DNA from: Eledone cirrhosa
Taxonomy: Eukaryota
Direction of reading: 5' to 3'
DNA length: 64,000 bases
Assembly: GCA_964016885.1 (NCBI GenBank)
Contig: OZ024756.1
Coordinates: 3,162,001-3,226,000, forward strand
Below, piece after piece: positions 28,217 to 45,284 of this stretch. The notes under the pieces were generated by a model. The model did not search any database, was not told where the DNA came from, and saw nothing but the letters and a program-made list of their open reading frames with translations. The first letter of the stretch is position 1; each line of letters begins with the position of its first letter. The position numbers and the translations under genes are program-made.

Positions 28217-28589
28217 TTATGTGTGGTGACAGTCAAGTTTGCAATTTTCAACTGTAATGAGATGGGTAACTTTTGTACCTTATATACAGTGAAAAGTGGC
28301 TCCAGAATGCTAAATCTCGCAAACTGTATTTCGACCAATCGGTGTGTAGTTTTACTGAATTACTAAAGCTGATTGGTTTAGGCGTCACGGTTGGTTGAGC
28401 ATGTCTAATGACCACTAATTGATCCTATCCAAAGCATCAATTGTTTTGCTATTTTTAGATATGATGAAAATAGCATTTTCTAGTAATCATCACTATCAAC
28501 ATCACTTTTATTATTATTATTATTGTTGTTGTTGTTGTTAGTGGTCGTAGTCGACATGGTCGTAGTCATAGTTATTATTATTATTATTG

Positions 28590-29818
28590 TTCATTTAGCT
28601 TGGGTTTGAATTTATCAATAAAATTCTTTGATTTTTCTCTTGATTTCACTTGGTCCGGGTAATTTGTAGAATGGGAATATTATAAATATTCCCTGACCAC
28701 ATGTTGCTAGATGGTTACTTAGGGGTATCTGACGGACATTTGGGTCTCTGATTTGCTGTCGGTGTACCCGTGCACGTTCCGGTAGTGCATTTCCAGTTTG
28801 ACCGACATATAGTTTTTCACAATTCGGGCATTTAATGCAGTAAATTAGATTTCTGATTTTGCAGTTCATATTTGCATTTGGAAATATTTTTCCAGTTTTT
28901 GTTTTCATATATTGAAAACAATGGATTGACATGTGCCGCATCGACTATCATTGCATTTAGATACAGTGAATGATTGGTCTTTGTTGTTAAGGTCAAACTT
29001 TGCTTTTGTTAGCAATTGCTTCAAATTTTTCGGCTGTCTTTTACTAAGAGTCAAAGATCGATCTGTGATTAAGCCTTTTTATTCATTACTTTGAGCAATG
29101 ATCGGTAGGTTTGCTTTGGCAATGTTGAAGATATTCTGGTGACATTGGTTGTGTGTCATTATAAATGGTATGACCAGTTCTTGGTTTCTTATTCCTTGGG
29201 TTGTCCTAAGTTGTTGTATAGGTATTTTTATAGCCCGCTGTATGCCATTTTCTATAAGTAGAGATGGGTATTTTTGTTTGAGTAAAAAATCTCTTAGTTC
29301 TGTTAGGCATTTGTACCTGGTATTCGTATCTTCTACAATGGTACAAATTCTTCTGGCTAGACAGTATGGGATGTTGCGTTTTGTATGAGGTGAATGGCAC
29401 GACTTAAAATTCAGATATTGATGGGTGCCTGTGTGTTTATAATATATATCCGTGGTAATGGTGGTGTCGTATTTGATTATCATTATATCTAGGAATGGTA
29501 ATTTTGTCCTACTCATCTCTTTTGTGAATTGGAGAGATGGGTGTAGGTTATTTCAGGAGGATATTGAACTCATCCAGAGTATCTAGAGATTCTGTCCAGA
29601 TGATGAAACAGTCGTCAAGGTATCTCTTCCAAGATTGTTCAATGTACTTTCTAAAATCAGTACTATATTTTTCCTCTATTTCTTGGTAGAGTTGTTGTTC
29701 TAAGTATCCCATTAAAGAGTTCGCGTAAACGGCAGCAAGCTTCGTTCCCATCGCTGTGCCTCCTATTTGGATGTAATTATTTCCATTGAAGAAGAAAATG
29801 TTGTTTTCCAGAATAAGT
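28590..29818 (-). pseudogene. PLE-B RT/thumb/GIY-YIG remnant
   Basis: ORFs 29548-29751, 29079-29516 and 28615-28941 are collinear and separated by stops or frameshifts. Confidence 0.85.
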
Positions 29819-29853
29819 TTAACTGCGTCTAATATAAATGTATAATATATATG

Positions 29854-29986
<133 letters not shown>

Positions 29987-30053
29987 TTCCAAAAGAAATG
30001 GTCGCATTCTTTAAGGTTATGTCAATATTTATTTATAAAACTGATCTATATTA

Positions 30054-30117
30054 TATTTTATCTGATGAAAGCACACCACAATTTAACTTGGTGTCCTTGA
30101 AATATTATAATGAAATA
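30054..30117 (+). ncRNA. Type I hammerhead motif, family H6 (also about 27674-27738 minus, about 54642-54703 minus, 54841-54902 plus)
   Basis: TATTTTAT-CTGATGA-AAGcACACCA..TGGTGTcCTT-GAAA-TATTA-TA-ATGAAATA. Confidence 0.8.
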
Positions 30118-30237
30118 AATATGGTTTTATAAATATAGTTTCCATTTGTTAATATATCGTACTTTTACTCCAATAATTTGTTGAGTGCTTTATATCAGTT
30201 ATAAAAATATTTACTTGTACAATTTAAATAGAACTTC

Positions 30238-30293
<56 letters not shown>

Positions 30294-30304
30294 CATATAT
30301 ATAT

Positions 30305-30357
<53 letters not shown>

Positions 30358-30440
30358 AGTAAAAGGAAAAGAAAATGCTGCTTTTCTTTTCCTTTTACTA
30401 ATATATCACAACTCGTGTGTTACACCTCTAATTTTTTTAA

Positions 30441-30512
<72 letters not shown>

Positions 30513-30776
30513 ATGTATATATAATGTATTTTGCAATACACCTTATGCTTAATTAAAAGCATTTTGAAGACCGTATGCTATTGTTTTAGAGTAGTGACAA
30601 ATTCACTTACTTTAATCTCAGCAAACATCCATATATATATTGTTATTTCAGAGCTTCAATTCTAAATTTTAATTGCTGCCTGACCAACAATCGCTCTGTA
30701 TAATCAGCTCCTGATTATTTACTAGAATTCTATAAGAATATAACATCAGTAATCTCAGTAGACAGGAGGGGTAGTT

Positions 30777-30822
30777 AGCCTTGATAAGCTTCAACAAAAG
30801 CGAAACAAGGCCCTTGTCGGCT
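30777..30822 (+). ncRNA. Hammerhead motif with U3-A8 core and GUC site, H11
   Basis: AGCC-TTGATAA-GCTTcaacaaAAGC-GAAA-CAAGgccCTTG-TC-GGCT. Stem I extends further (CAGGAGGGGTAG../..CTTATCTCCCCTG). Confidence 0.75.
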
Positions 30823-31387
30823 TATCTCCCCTGTTTGCTGATATTAAAGTGAGTGAATTTGTCACTACTCTAAAACAATAGCATACGGTCTTCAAAATGC
30901 TTTTAATTAATCATAAAGTGTATTGCAAAATACATTATATATACATCCATATATATATTGCTATTTCAGAGCTCCAATTCTAACTTTTAATTTCTGCCTG
31001 ACCAACAATCGCTCTGTATAATCAGCTCCTGATTATTTACTAGAATTCTATAAGAATATAACATCAGTAATCTCAGTAGACAGGAGGGGTAGTTGTAAAA
31101 TTAAACTTATTAATTCTTCATAGAGCTTAAAAGTGAACAGTTGCAACATATATATATTTTTAACTTTATGTATATGATAACCTTTATATTTAATAACCTC
31201 CCAATAGGTTGAGATTAAATTTGGCGATATTTGGCTGCGCTTTCTAGCAGCAAGCATACCCGCCGTAAGCAACCAACCACATTCTTTCTCTCTGGCTTGA
31301 ACAAAGCCACATAGCGATATTTGGCCATTTTTGAATCTAATTTTGGCGGGATCGGATTGAAAAACTAGATGTCTGATTTTGAGTTTG

Positions 31388-31461
31388 TCTCCTGATGAAT
31401 CCTGGCTCAGGACATTCCTATTATTTGGATGTCCAAAATAAGGAAGAAACCATGGTAGAGA
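31388..31461 (+). ncRNA. Type I hammerhead motif with long stem II, H12
   Basis: TCTC-CTGATGA-aTCCT..GGACAT..ATGTCC..AGGAa-GAAA-CCATGG-TA-GAGA. Confidence 0.78.
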
Positions 31462-31782
31462 TATAATTACGGTATGTGCACATTTCTTCTAAGTTTAATT
31501 TTACAACTAATTGTGTATGGTTGATGGTATATTTAGTCAGTTTCTACATGCTGTCGAAATGTTGGATAAATACTCGAGCGGGGCCGCCGCGAAGAGGCTA
31601 CGTTCAGTTGTTTGTCAGAGATTTCCCCATAAGAGAATTTATTCTTATAGCTTGCTCGGATTGACTTTGTATATGGTTAATTATGCTAATTAGAAGAAGA
31701 AAGAGTATATATTTTAATATCTGATGATTCTAAAGACATGATTTATGATATGTATATATACATATATATATATGTATATATA

Positions 31783-31829
<47 letters not shown>

Positions 31830-31833
31830 CACC

Positions 31834-31870
<37 letters not shown>

Positions 31871-31874
31871 CACC

Positions 31875-31913
<39 letters not shown>

Positions 31914-31917
31914 CACC

Positions 31918-31960
<43 letters not shown>

Positions 31961-32024
31961 CATATATATATAACACCTGCATATATATATATGTATATAA
32001 TATACATATATATATAACACCTGC

Positions 32025-32079
<55 letters not shown>

Positions 32080-32230
32080 CATATATATATATGTATATAT
32101 ATACATATATATATATGTATACATATGTATATATGTATACATATGTATATATGTATATATATATGTATATATATATACATATATACATATATATATATAT
32201 ATACACATATATATATACATATATTTATAC

Positions 32231-32288
<58 letters not shown>

Positions 32289-32334
32289 TATACATATATA
32301 TATATATGTATGTAATATACATATAACACCTGCA

Positions 32335-32366
<32 letters not shown>

Positions 32367-32851
32367 ATATACATATATATATAACACCTGCATATATATA
32401 TGTATGTATATAATATACATATATATATAACAGCTGCATATATATAACACCTGCATATATATAACATCTACATATATATAACACCTGCATATATATATAT
32501 ATGTATATAATATACATATATATATATATGACGATTGAAATCCAACCGTGACCATCTCCACTGAAAGTTTTCATGAAATAGTCTTTAAGACTATACAAGG
32601 CATTTGATGTTTTTCCAAATTGAAGGATAAGTATTTTAAACTTTATTTTATGATGAGTTAAGGGTCTATTGATTTTTCCCTGGATTTCACTAAATTCTGT
32701 GGATGAATTTGTATCCTGATTCTCTTTTGAGATGAGTCTGAATTATTTTTCCTACATCTTACGTTAACTATCTTTCCTATCATGACGACATAGTCGCATA
32801 TATGTTATGGAATACTGTTGGCTTCTCGCTAAAACAATTTCTATACCTTTC

Positions 32852-32987
<136 letters not shown>

Positions 32988-33002
32988 ATATATATATATA
33001 TG

Positions 33003-33061
<59 letters not shown>

Positions 33062-33076
33062 ATATATATATATATG

Positions 33077-33114
<38 letters not shown>

Positions 33115-33449
33115 TATATGTCTGTGTGTGTGTGTGTGTGTGCAGATAAGTCTACAAAAATATACGGTAGCGTCCAATCCGTATGAAGATATCAATGTAA
33201 TCCAAATATCATGATAAGAGAATATGAATTCAAAATTTTTCGATATAAATCATAGGAAAACAGTCAATTCTGAAGACAGCATGTATATGTGAAGGTATGT
33301 ATATTTCCTCTGATAATTTGTAATATTTTTACATAGAACAATATGATATACATACCAACACACATATACATCCTAGAAACGATCGTAAAATGATGAATTT
33401 TTTAATATAAGGAACTTGTTCTTTGTTTTTATTTCATTGTTTTTATTAA

Positions 33450-33504
<55 letters not shown>

Positions 33505-33744
33505 TTTGAACGATTTTTTTTTTTTGAACGATCGACTTTCGTCAAATCGGACCGAGGGAACAATGTTTCCGTTGGTCTTTCCAATTGCTAATACTATCTA
33601 TCGGTCGCAACTCCAGGTAGAAGGAGCAACGCGAAATATAGTGTCTTGCTCAAGGACATAACGCATCGCCTGGTCCAGGAATCGAACTCACAACCTTACG
33701 ATTGCGAATCCAATTCTCTAACCACTCAGCCACACGCCTTCACT

Positions 33745-33778
<34 letters not shown>

Positions 33779-33983
33779 AAAATTAAGATAAATCGAAGTG
33801 AATTTAATCTAAATCAAAATTATGGGTGTCATGCCAGAAAGGCATGCGCCATATCACCCGTAAAATAACCTCCAAGATTGTAATGAATAGGTCTGAGCAT
33901 TTTATAACAACTAAAAATTGATAGCTAATTATCCCCTGTGATTGTTTCATATGTTTATTTATATGTTAATCAATTTCTAGTTG

Positions 33984-34053
<70 letters not shown>

Positions 34054-34384
34054 AAATCCACCGGTACTGATCTTTTTTTCAAAACGGTTCCTATAAAATA
34101 TCAATTGATAGTAATCTAATATAGACAAATAATTTACATATAACTAAAGCAACGGGAGAAATCCAGTTTCCAAACATATGTTATATTAGTTTTGCACAGT
34201 TTTAACTCACCAATTTCACTAAATCTAGGTCTAGAAGAAGGAACAAACAAAGCCTCTCCGAATAACGAATAAAGATGATGACAAAATATTCTTCTTGTGA
34301 CATAAGCACGTCTATAATGGTTAAACTGAGTCTCAATCTATGTGTACTCAGGTATGCGTATATATATATATATATGTGTGCATA

Positions 34385-34428
<44 letters not shown>

Positions 34429-34622
34429 TGTGAGAAGACTCACAGACCCTCCATCTCAACTCTACTTTTGAAAAGCACAAGAACTGCGAACCCGGTAAAG
34501 GAACCAAATAAATTTTTTTTTTTTTTGAAGAATCCTGTTGCAATTTCGATTTCATCATTTTTCCTTATACTTTCACTCGTGTAGGACACCTCGGTTATTT
34601 TCATTTTGTAAAAAAACCTCAC

Positions 34623-36330
<1,708 letters not shown>

Positions 36331-36476
36331 AAATCAAAAGATGGTTAAAAGAGTTCCATGTATTTTATTATGCGCATTTCAAAAACAAATACAGTCCTAT
36401 AAACTGTTTGGTGCTACTTATCCGATATTTGCATTTCTTTATTGTGCTACAATAAAACTGACCTCATAATACATAC

Positions 36477-36541
<65 letters not shown>

Positions 36542-36564
36542 TATATATATAAATAAATATATAT

Positions 36565-36629
<65 letters not shown>

Positions 36630-36756
36630 AATTAAAATACTAGAGTGTGTTGGAGTTAAACACCCTCTTCGTAAAGGTATAGTTGAATGTAATTAAACAG
36701 AGCCGAATAATTTTGGCTTGTATTGGCCTATAGTGCTTCTTATAGCTTTAATTGCC

Positions 36757-36793
36757 GCCCTGATGAGCCTTAATAGGACGAAACATTGTTGGC
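36757..36793 (+). ncRNA. Type I hammerhead motif, H13
   Basis: GCC-CTGATGA-GCCTtaatAGGaC-GAAA-CATTG-TT-GGC. Confidence 0.72.
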
Positions 36794-37567
36794 TAATAAA
36801 GACTTTTGATGTATTGAAGGCTTCTTTGGTTTATTTTCATAAATATATATATATATATATGTATATTCATATGTATATATTTATATATATAAATAAACTG
36901 GCCATATCCGCCCAGAATTCTCTCACTTCTTTCTGTTCAAACCACCCCTAACTTGCCACTCATACTGATGTTAAGTTATTGTTCTCAAAATAAATAATTT
37001 AAAAATCTCATGGATTCGATATTATGTGAGCTAATTATATAAAGCAAGGGTGGTGCCCTAGCATACCCTCAGCCGGATGGCTGGAACAGGTAGAATAATA
37101 AAAGGTAAAGCATTTGCTACCAAAATACAATATTATATATCGAGTAATGTAAATGCTTTTGGGATAAACATATGTATATATGTATGCATATATATGTATA
37201 TAAACGTGCGCACATATATTTATGGTATTGTCCTGTAACTGCTAGAGCACATTTCTTCCAGAGATGGAAAGAGGAAATACGAAAGAGTTATAGACGAAAA
37301 ATACAGCCCGGAAATGATGAAAGGCAAAGTTGATTTCGGTAAGATTGGAAGTCAGAGAGCGGAGAGCTGAAACAAATATCATAAAGCATTCTATCCGACG
37401 TTCTAACGAACCTGCCAAATTCGATGGCTATATATGTATTTAATGTATATGTCCGAATTTAACAAAGAACTTACTAGATCTACAAAACCAAATTGTAAAA
37501 TTATAGTATTATAAAATTAAATTAAAATTGTTTATAACTACAAGTGAAGTCATTCTTTTCCTTTCTT

Positions 37568-37644
<77 letters not shown>

Positions 37645-38603
37645 TAAAATAACAGATTAAAGTTTAAGCAAAGAATCGCTGCTTTCACCCTTAACGGGAT
37701 CTTCTGAAACTAACAAAGTCAATCTGTAAACGCAGAACTGGTTATTTCAAAAAATACCCGTATGTTTTGTGAAGGTATGTATACCTTCTCGTACGTATAT
37801 TTGACTGTTATAGCGTATAATTTTTACATATTTTGGTATTTAGGGTTTGGCTATGTGTATACGGGAGTTCTGCGTCCGCGTGAGTGTGCAGGTTCGTACG
37901 TATGGTGGGTGTGTGTATATGTGTACTTTTTGTTTTAGTTGACTTACGTCTCCGAACATTCGTGTATTTACATGTAGGTATGCGTGTGCGCTTGTTATAT
38001 ACGTATTTATTTACTTATCTACGTTTATATAATTATTTATTTATTTATATGTGCGTGGTTTTGTATACCCATGGTAATGTTTTGCGTATGCTTGTGTATG
38101 TACGTATCTGTTTGCGTGTATGTATTTATTTGTTTCTATTTCTTCTGTATTGTATTTATTTACTTTGTTCTTAACTCTGTAGCGGAGATTCATTTGGTCT
38201 CCTAGTTAGAATTTTAGTCTACGATTTCTGCTGTACCATTTACGTGGTTTTGTCTTTGCGTGCTATTGTTCTCCACGCTCCACATATGACTTATTATCTT
38301 CGTTTTTTCGTTCATTGCCAGAGAACGTCTCTATGCACCACCTAAGAGAACATTAGTCTACGACCTCTTTTATACCATAAACGTGGTTCTGTCTTTGCGC
38401 GTAATTGTTTTTCACCGCTCCTATTAATGACGTATTATTCGTTTTTTCCCGTTCTTTGCCAGCGAACGTTTCCACGAACCAAAGTATCGTCTTCCTGTCT
38501 TCCTCCGGTTGATTTTTATAGTTTCAGAAGATCCCGAAAAGCTGAAAGCAGCGATTCTTTGCTTAAACTTATCTGTTATTTTAATAGATAAATAAATAAA
38601 TAA

Positions 38604-38675
<72 letters not shown>

Positions 38676-39108
38676 TAAAATAACTGTTTCTACTTTAGGC
38701 ACAAGGCCAGCAATTACCCAGTGCATTACTGGTACTTTATTTTATCGACCCCGTAAGGATGAAAGGCAAAGTCAACCTCGGCGGGATTTATTTATTAAAA
38801 TAACAGATTAAAGTTTAAGCAAAGAATCGCTGCGTTCACCCTTAACGGGATCTTCTGAAACTAACAAAGTCAATCTGTAAACGCAGAACTGGATATTTCA
38901 AAAAACGTTGCAACCGGAGGAAGACAGTAAGACGATACTTTGGTTCGTGGAAACGTTCCCTGGCAAAGAACGGGAAAAAAAGAATATAATACGTCATTAA
39001 TAGGAGCGGAGAAAAACAATTACACGCAAAGACAGAACCACGTTTATGGTATAAAAGAAGTCGTAGACTAATGTTCCCTTAGGTGGTTCATAGAGACGTT
39101 CTTATTAT

Positions 39109-39178
<70 letters not shown>

Positions 39179-39251
39179 GTTACCACTTCTACCTAACTCG
39201 TCCCATGAACTGAGTGCGCTACCAGTACGGATATGACCTTCCAGTATTCTA

Positions 39252-39380
<129 letters not shown>

Positions 39381-39531
39381 AGATTTGAATGGATACAGTT
39401 TAGTTGAAAGGAATTTATTGACACGTGTTTCTATACAGTTACATAACCTGAAAACAGCTGCTATCTACAAAGTATTAGTTATCCAGACATTCAATATTTC
39501 AATGTTATTATCTACTGTCATTTCATCAGAG

Positions 39532-39610
<79 letters not shown>

Positions 39611-40050
39611 CTTTCGGTGAGTCATGCTGCCAATAAAAACACACGCACCTGTTAGGTTTCACTTCAATTTATAAATTTCCGGTTGGTTTGTTCAGTAACC
39701 GGAATGTTGTTTATATATTGTCAAAGTACTTTCGTCACGCATTCTATGACCTCCTCAGTTTCTAGGTTTTTATTTCGTTTCTCACCTTTGTTGTCTCCTA
39801 CACCTAAATGGTGTAGAACAGAACAAAGGAGAGACATATGTATACGTGCGTCTGTGTGTATGTCTGTATATGTGTATATATATATATACATAAATATATA
39901 TATATGTATATATATTATGTATATATATATATGTATATATGTATGCATATATAAATGTTTATATGTATATGCATACGTATGTGTCTATAAACATACATGT
40001 ATGTATATGTTTGCGTATATATATATGTGTCTATGAATGAAGTGTTTCCG

Positions 40051-40111
<61 letters not shown>

Positions 40112-40480
40112 GGTATGTATGTATGTATGTATGTATGTATGTATGTATGTATGTATGTATGTATGTATGTGTGTATGTATGTATATGTATGAATGAAGTA
40201 TTTCCGTCGGAAAGGTATATATATATATATATATATATACCTTAACACTTCACACAAAGTAAAACATTTCATTTTAATCATTTTCTAACCCAGAAAAAAG
40301 AGAGAGAGAAACAAAAAAGGACAAAATATATTTTTCTTCCTAATATCCGTCTCTTTCTCCCTGTTTTCATATATATATATATAGATATATATACATATAT
40401 AATTAAATATATATATATATATTTAAATACATATATATTTAAATACAGATGTGTTGGTATCTGTGTTTCATCATATATAT

Positions 40481-40561
<81 letters not shown>

Positions 40562-40774
40562 CGTATATATACATAAAATATAAACTGCGTCTGTAATAAT
40601 TACATAAGCATGAAGCGATCACTTTTTATTTAGTAATAATGTTTCACTTGGTACAAGGGAAACGAATGAATCCCATGGGAGTTCGAATGTGGGTCAACTG
40701 CATGGTTCGGTTATAACATACCGTTATAGCATACTTCCTGTGATGAACACATTAAAACATACACACCCCCCTCG

Positions 40775-40812
<38 letters not shown>

Positions 40813-40849
40813 ATATATATGTGTGTCTCTCTCTCTCTCTCTCTATCTA

Positions 40850-40919
<70 letters not shown>

Positions 40920-41137
40920 TATTTACATATATATATATACATACATATATATATACATACATATATATATATACATACTTATATATATATATCCATATAT
41001 ATATCTGTATATATATATATGTATATATAAATGTGTATATATATGTATATATATATATCTGTATATATATATATCTGTATATATATTTATATATATATAT
41101 GTATATATATATATCTGTATATATATATCTGTATATA

Positions 41138-41174
<37 letters not shown>

Positions 41175-41211
41175 GTATATATATATATATATATATATCT
41201 GTATATATATA

Positions 41212-41264
<53 letters not shown>

Positions 41265-41776
41265 CATATATATATACATACATATATATGCATATATATA
41301 TATATATACATACATATATATATACTTACATATATATATACATGGTGGCTGCCAACTCGTTTTCGAGTACGGCCACTACTTTATATCCATGTAGGAGAAC
41401 CCCTACCGATGCGCTGAACGAATGTGACTTTTTAGTCCAGTCAGCGACTTGAAAACTCTGGTACAAAGACTACACCTGTGACCATTATTGACACATAGTG
41501 CAGGGCCCATGGTACCATGTGATGACAAGTGCAGAGAGATCTCCAGATATAAAGCAATGCCTGTGCTGTGAAGCTTTTATAGTGAGCAAAGGCACTGCAC
41601 AAAGCCAGTCCCACTCTCTTAACCAAGATGATATTTACCAAAAAGAAGAACAAGTCAACATCATTGGATACCATCAGGGTTGCAGGTGTTATATCAGAGT
41701 TTTCCTTCTCCTAGAATTCTGCCTTGACAAACATATATATATACATATATATATACATACATATATATATACATAC

Positions 41777-41819
<43 letters not shown>

Positions 41820-41888
41820 GATATACATATCTGTATATACACATCTGTGTATATATATATATATATATACAGATATTTATATCTATGC

Positions 41889-41919
<31 letters not shown>

Positions 41920-42172
41920 TGTATGCATATATATATATATATATATACATAGATATATATATATACATATCTGTATTATATATATATATATATGTATATA
42001 TATACATATATACATATATATATATACCCTTTACTATTGCTAAGTGGTGAGTTCAATAAAGAATACTTAAACTGTATTATGTTACTGTGTACTCACGCCC
42101 TTCAATATAATTCGGATATGTATATACATATATATATATATATACATAATATATATATATATATATATATAC

Positions 42173-42232
<60 letters not shown>

Positions 42233-42259
42233 ATATATATATACATAATATATATATAC

Positions 42260-42300
<41 letters not shown>

Positions 42301-42578
42301 ATGTCGATGTTTGATCCACAACGATGCCGGTTGGACAGGAGAAATCAACTGGCCAGCATTGTGTAGCAGGCCACATCTGACATTTGAATAATCTCTTTAT
42401 TTTCCTCGGAAGAAAAGATATTAATCTCGAATTATCAGGACAGAATAAATTAAAGTAAAAACCAACCCCTTGTTTCTTACGATGTATCTATGTTCTGTCC
42501 AGCCGCCATTGTCGTGGTTTTCAAACTTCGCCTTTTTTATACCATATACAATACTTCAAGTAAACTACAAATTCCTTC

Positions 42579-42622
<44 letters not shown>

Positions 42623-42904
42623 TATGTATGTGTGTGTTTGTGTGTGTGTGTATACCTATATACACATACCTCTCTCTCTCTCTATATATATATATATAAC
42701 CAAAGATAAATATGGTTCGTTGATTAATCAACGATTACAGTTTTATAATAGATTAAATACTCCAAGAAAATCCATTGCCGAGTGCTTCTAATCTATTGTA
42801 AAATTGTATTCGTTGAATAATCAACGAACCATATACAATTTTGGTCATACTTAGCTACCCGAAGGTAGAGTTCTTCTTCTACAATAGATTCTATTAATAT
42901 TTTG

Positions 42905-42950
<46 letters not shown>

Positions 42951-43161
42951 AGAAAGTGAGGTTTTTTTACAAAATGAAAAATAACCGAGGTGTTATACAC
43001 GAGTGAAAGTAAGGAAAAAGGATGAAATCGAAAATGCAACTTGAGTCTTATTTATAAAAATATATATATATTTATTTGGTTCCTTTACCGGTTTCGCAGC
43101 TATTCTGCTTTTCAAAAGTAGAGTTGTGGTGGAGGGTCTGTGGTTTTTCTCACATCTGTAT

Positions 43162-43244
<83 letters not shown>

Positions 43245-43257
43245 TTTTAATATAGAT

Positions 43258-43310
43258 GAGATTCTACAGGCCTAGAACTGTTTCATTCTTTAGAAATCAT
43301 CAGGAATCTC
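43258..43310 (-). ncRNA. Type I hammerhead motif, family H3 (also 18318-18368 minus, 18370-18414 plus, 53881-53933 plus; decayed about 6885-6925 and 54115-54210)
   Basis: GAGATTC-CTGATGA-tTTCtaaaGAAt-GAAA-CAGttctaggcCTG-TA-GAATCTC. Confidence 0.82.
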
Positions 43311-43390
43311 GTTGCATTGTATTTTCTACGCCATCTTTATTTAAAATAAAGATGGCGTAGAAAATACAATGCAACGGGGGGAAACAATAG

Positions 43391-43436
43391 CACCACTGAC
43401 GAGGTTGCAGATGTGCAACGAAATAAATTTGATAGA
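43391..43436 (+). ncRNA. Hammerhead motif in a diverged PLE-A-related pLTR (43311-43685)
   Basis: CTGACGA-gGTTGCA-gatg-TGCAAC-GAAA-TAAA-TT, with weak stem I. Downstream ATGACCCTCCCCAAGTATAACAATAT..ACACACGATTTCA matches the PLE-A ORF start. Confidence 0.6.
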
Positions 43437-44244
43437 CTATATATATGTGTTTGTGTCTATGTTGTATCTGTATTTTTGACCGTTGGTCAGTCAATGGCAA
43501 CATCGAGGACCGAATAAATTAAATTAACCGATATAAAAGACACAGAAGCGAAAAGCGAAAACCAACCAAAGAGTGAGTGTGTTCTGTTATTAATTCTGGC
43601 AATATTACACAATTATGACCCTCCCCAAGTATAACAATATTTGTTTCGACACACGATTTCATATAAAAACCTCGCAAATCTAAGTGCATACGTAAGTACA
43701 CACATACATAATACATATACATATATATACTACATATAAGATTTATAACAGGCATATTTTTATGGTAATTATATGCACATTACATTACGTAATATAATAT
43801 AAAATATATTAATTATCTTAACTTTCTCGTAGCCTCCATTAAGTCCTGTACTTTTTGAATAAATGTGAATTAATCAACTAATCTCACCTACTTAATGGAT
43901 AGTTTGTTTTATATTATAATCTAATTAGCTTCTATCTTAAATTTAAACGGTATGCAAATTAGCGGATCCATTCCCTTGCTTCTTCTAATATAGATGTGTT
44001 CTTCAGTGGATGTGTCACGGGGATCGTATCTGATGAGAGTTAGAAGAAGGACGGAAACTTCCATCAAAATTTGCATAGAAGGCATGTTTACACACGGACA
44101 CAAACACACATATACTCTCTCTCTCTCTCTTTCTCTCCTTCTCACACACACACACTCTCTCTTTCTCTCTCTCTCACACACACGGACACAAACGCACACA
44201 CTCTCACTTTCTCTCTCTTTCCCTCTCTCTTACACCCACACACA

Positions 44245-44283
<39 letters not shown>

Positions 44284-44411
44284 CCCCTCTCTCACACACA
44301 CACTCTATCCCCCCCCTCTCTCTCTCACACATAATAACAAAGCAAACGCCACAGTCCAATGTAGAAATAATATATTAGTTTTCCGCTTGATGTATTAGGG
44401 AAAGTGTCTTA

Positions 44412-44474
<63 letters not shown>

Positions 44475-44538
44475 ATGTCCAAGGCTCTGATGCCATCAAC
44501 ACTATAAACACAGAGCTGGCATATCTAAGAGCTGACTA

Positions 44539-44585
44539 ACTGCCTGATGAGGTCATAGCCATTAAATCGAAATATATATAGCAGT
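44539..44585 (+). ncRNA. Type I hammerhead motif, H14
   Basis: ACTGC-CTGATGA-G...C-GAAA-TATATA-TA-GCAGT. Stem II is imperfect. Confidence 0.7.
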
Positions 44586-44626
44586 AAATAAAGGATTATG
44601 AGTTCATGCAATTGACTTATGTTTCG

Positions 44627-44670
<44 letters not shown>

Positions 44671-44805
44671 CGCGTGTGTGTATGTGTGTGTGTGTGTAAA
44701 TGCTCGTGAATTACATAAAAATATAAAAATTCCTCCCAGTTCACTATTGAGATCTGAACTAAGTGCAGATGAAATTTTCTGAAGCTGAGAAAATCTATGC
44801 ATGTT

Positions 44806-44867
<62 letters not shown>

Positions 44868-45035
44868 CGTAGTAGTAGTCGTAGTAGTGGCAGTAGTAGT
44901 AGTCGTAGTAGTAGTGGTAGTAGTGGCAGTAGTAGTAGTAGTAATAGTAGTAGTAGCAGTAGTAGTAGTAGTAATAGTAGTAATAGTAGTAGCAGCAGTA
45001 GGAGTAGGAGTAGTAGTAGTAGTAGTAGTAGTAGT

Positions 45036-45106
<71 letters not shown>

Positions 45107-45158
45107 CAGCAGCAGCAGAAGTAGTAGTAGTAGTAGTAGTGGTGGTAGTAGTAGTGGC

Positions 45159-45204
<46 letters not shown>

Positions 45205-45252
45205 ATAGTAGTAGCAGCAGCAGCAGTAGGAGTAGTAGTAGTCGTAGTAGTT

Positions 45253-45284
<32 letters not shown>
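44806..45284. repeat. (AGT)n microsatellite (another at 52271-52457)
   Basis: Direct reading. Confidence 0.95.

Larger units (their letters stand above)
28060..29830 (-). mobile_element. Penelope-like element family B (Neptune-like), 5'-truncated and decayed
   Basis: ORF fragments [11 protein letters not shown]...[14 protein letters not shown]...YYKHT..HQYL and NLIYCIKCPNCEKLYVGQT..R..H. 3' non-coding end carries an HHR. Flanked by (TA)n. Clade assignment is from motif resemblance only. Confidence 0.88.
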
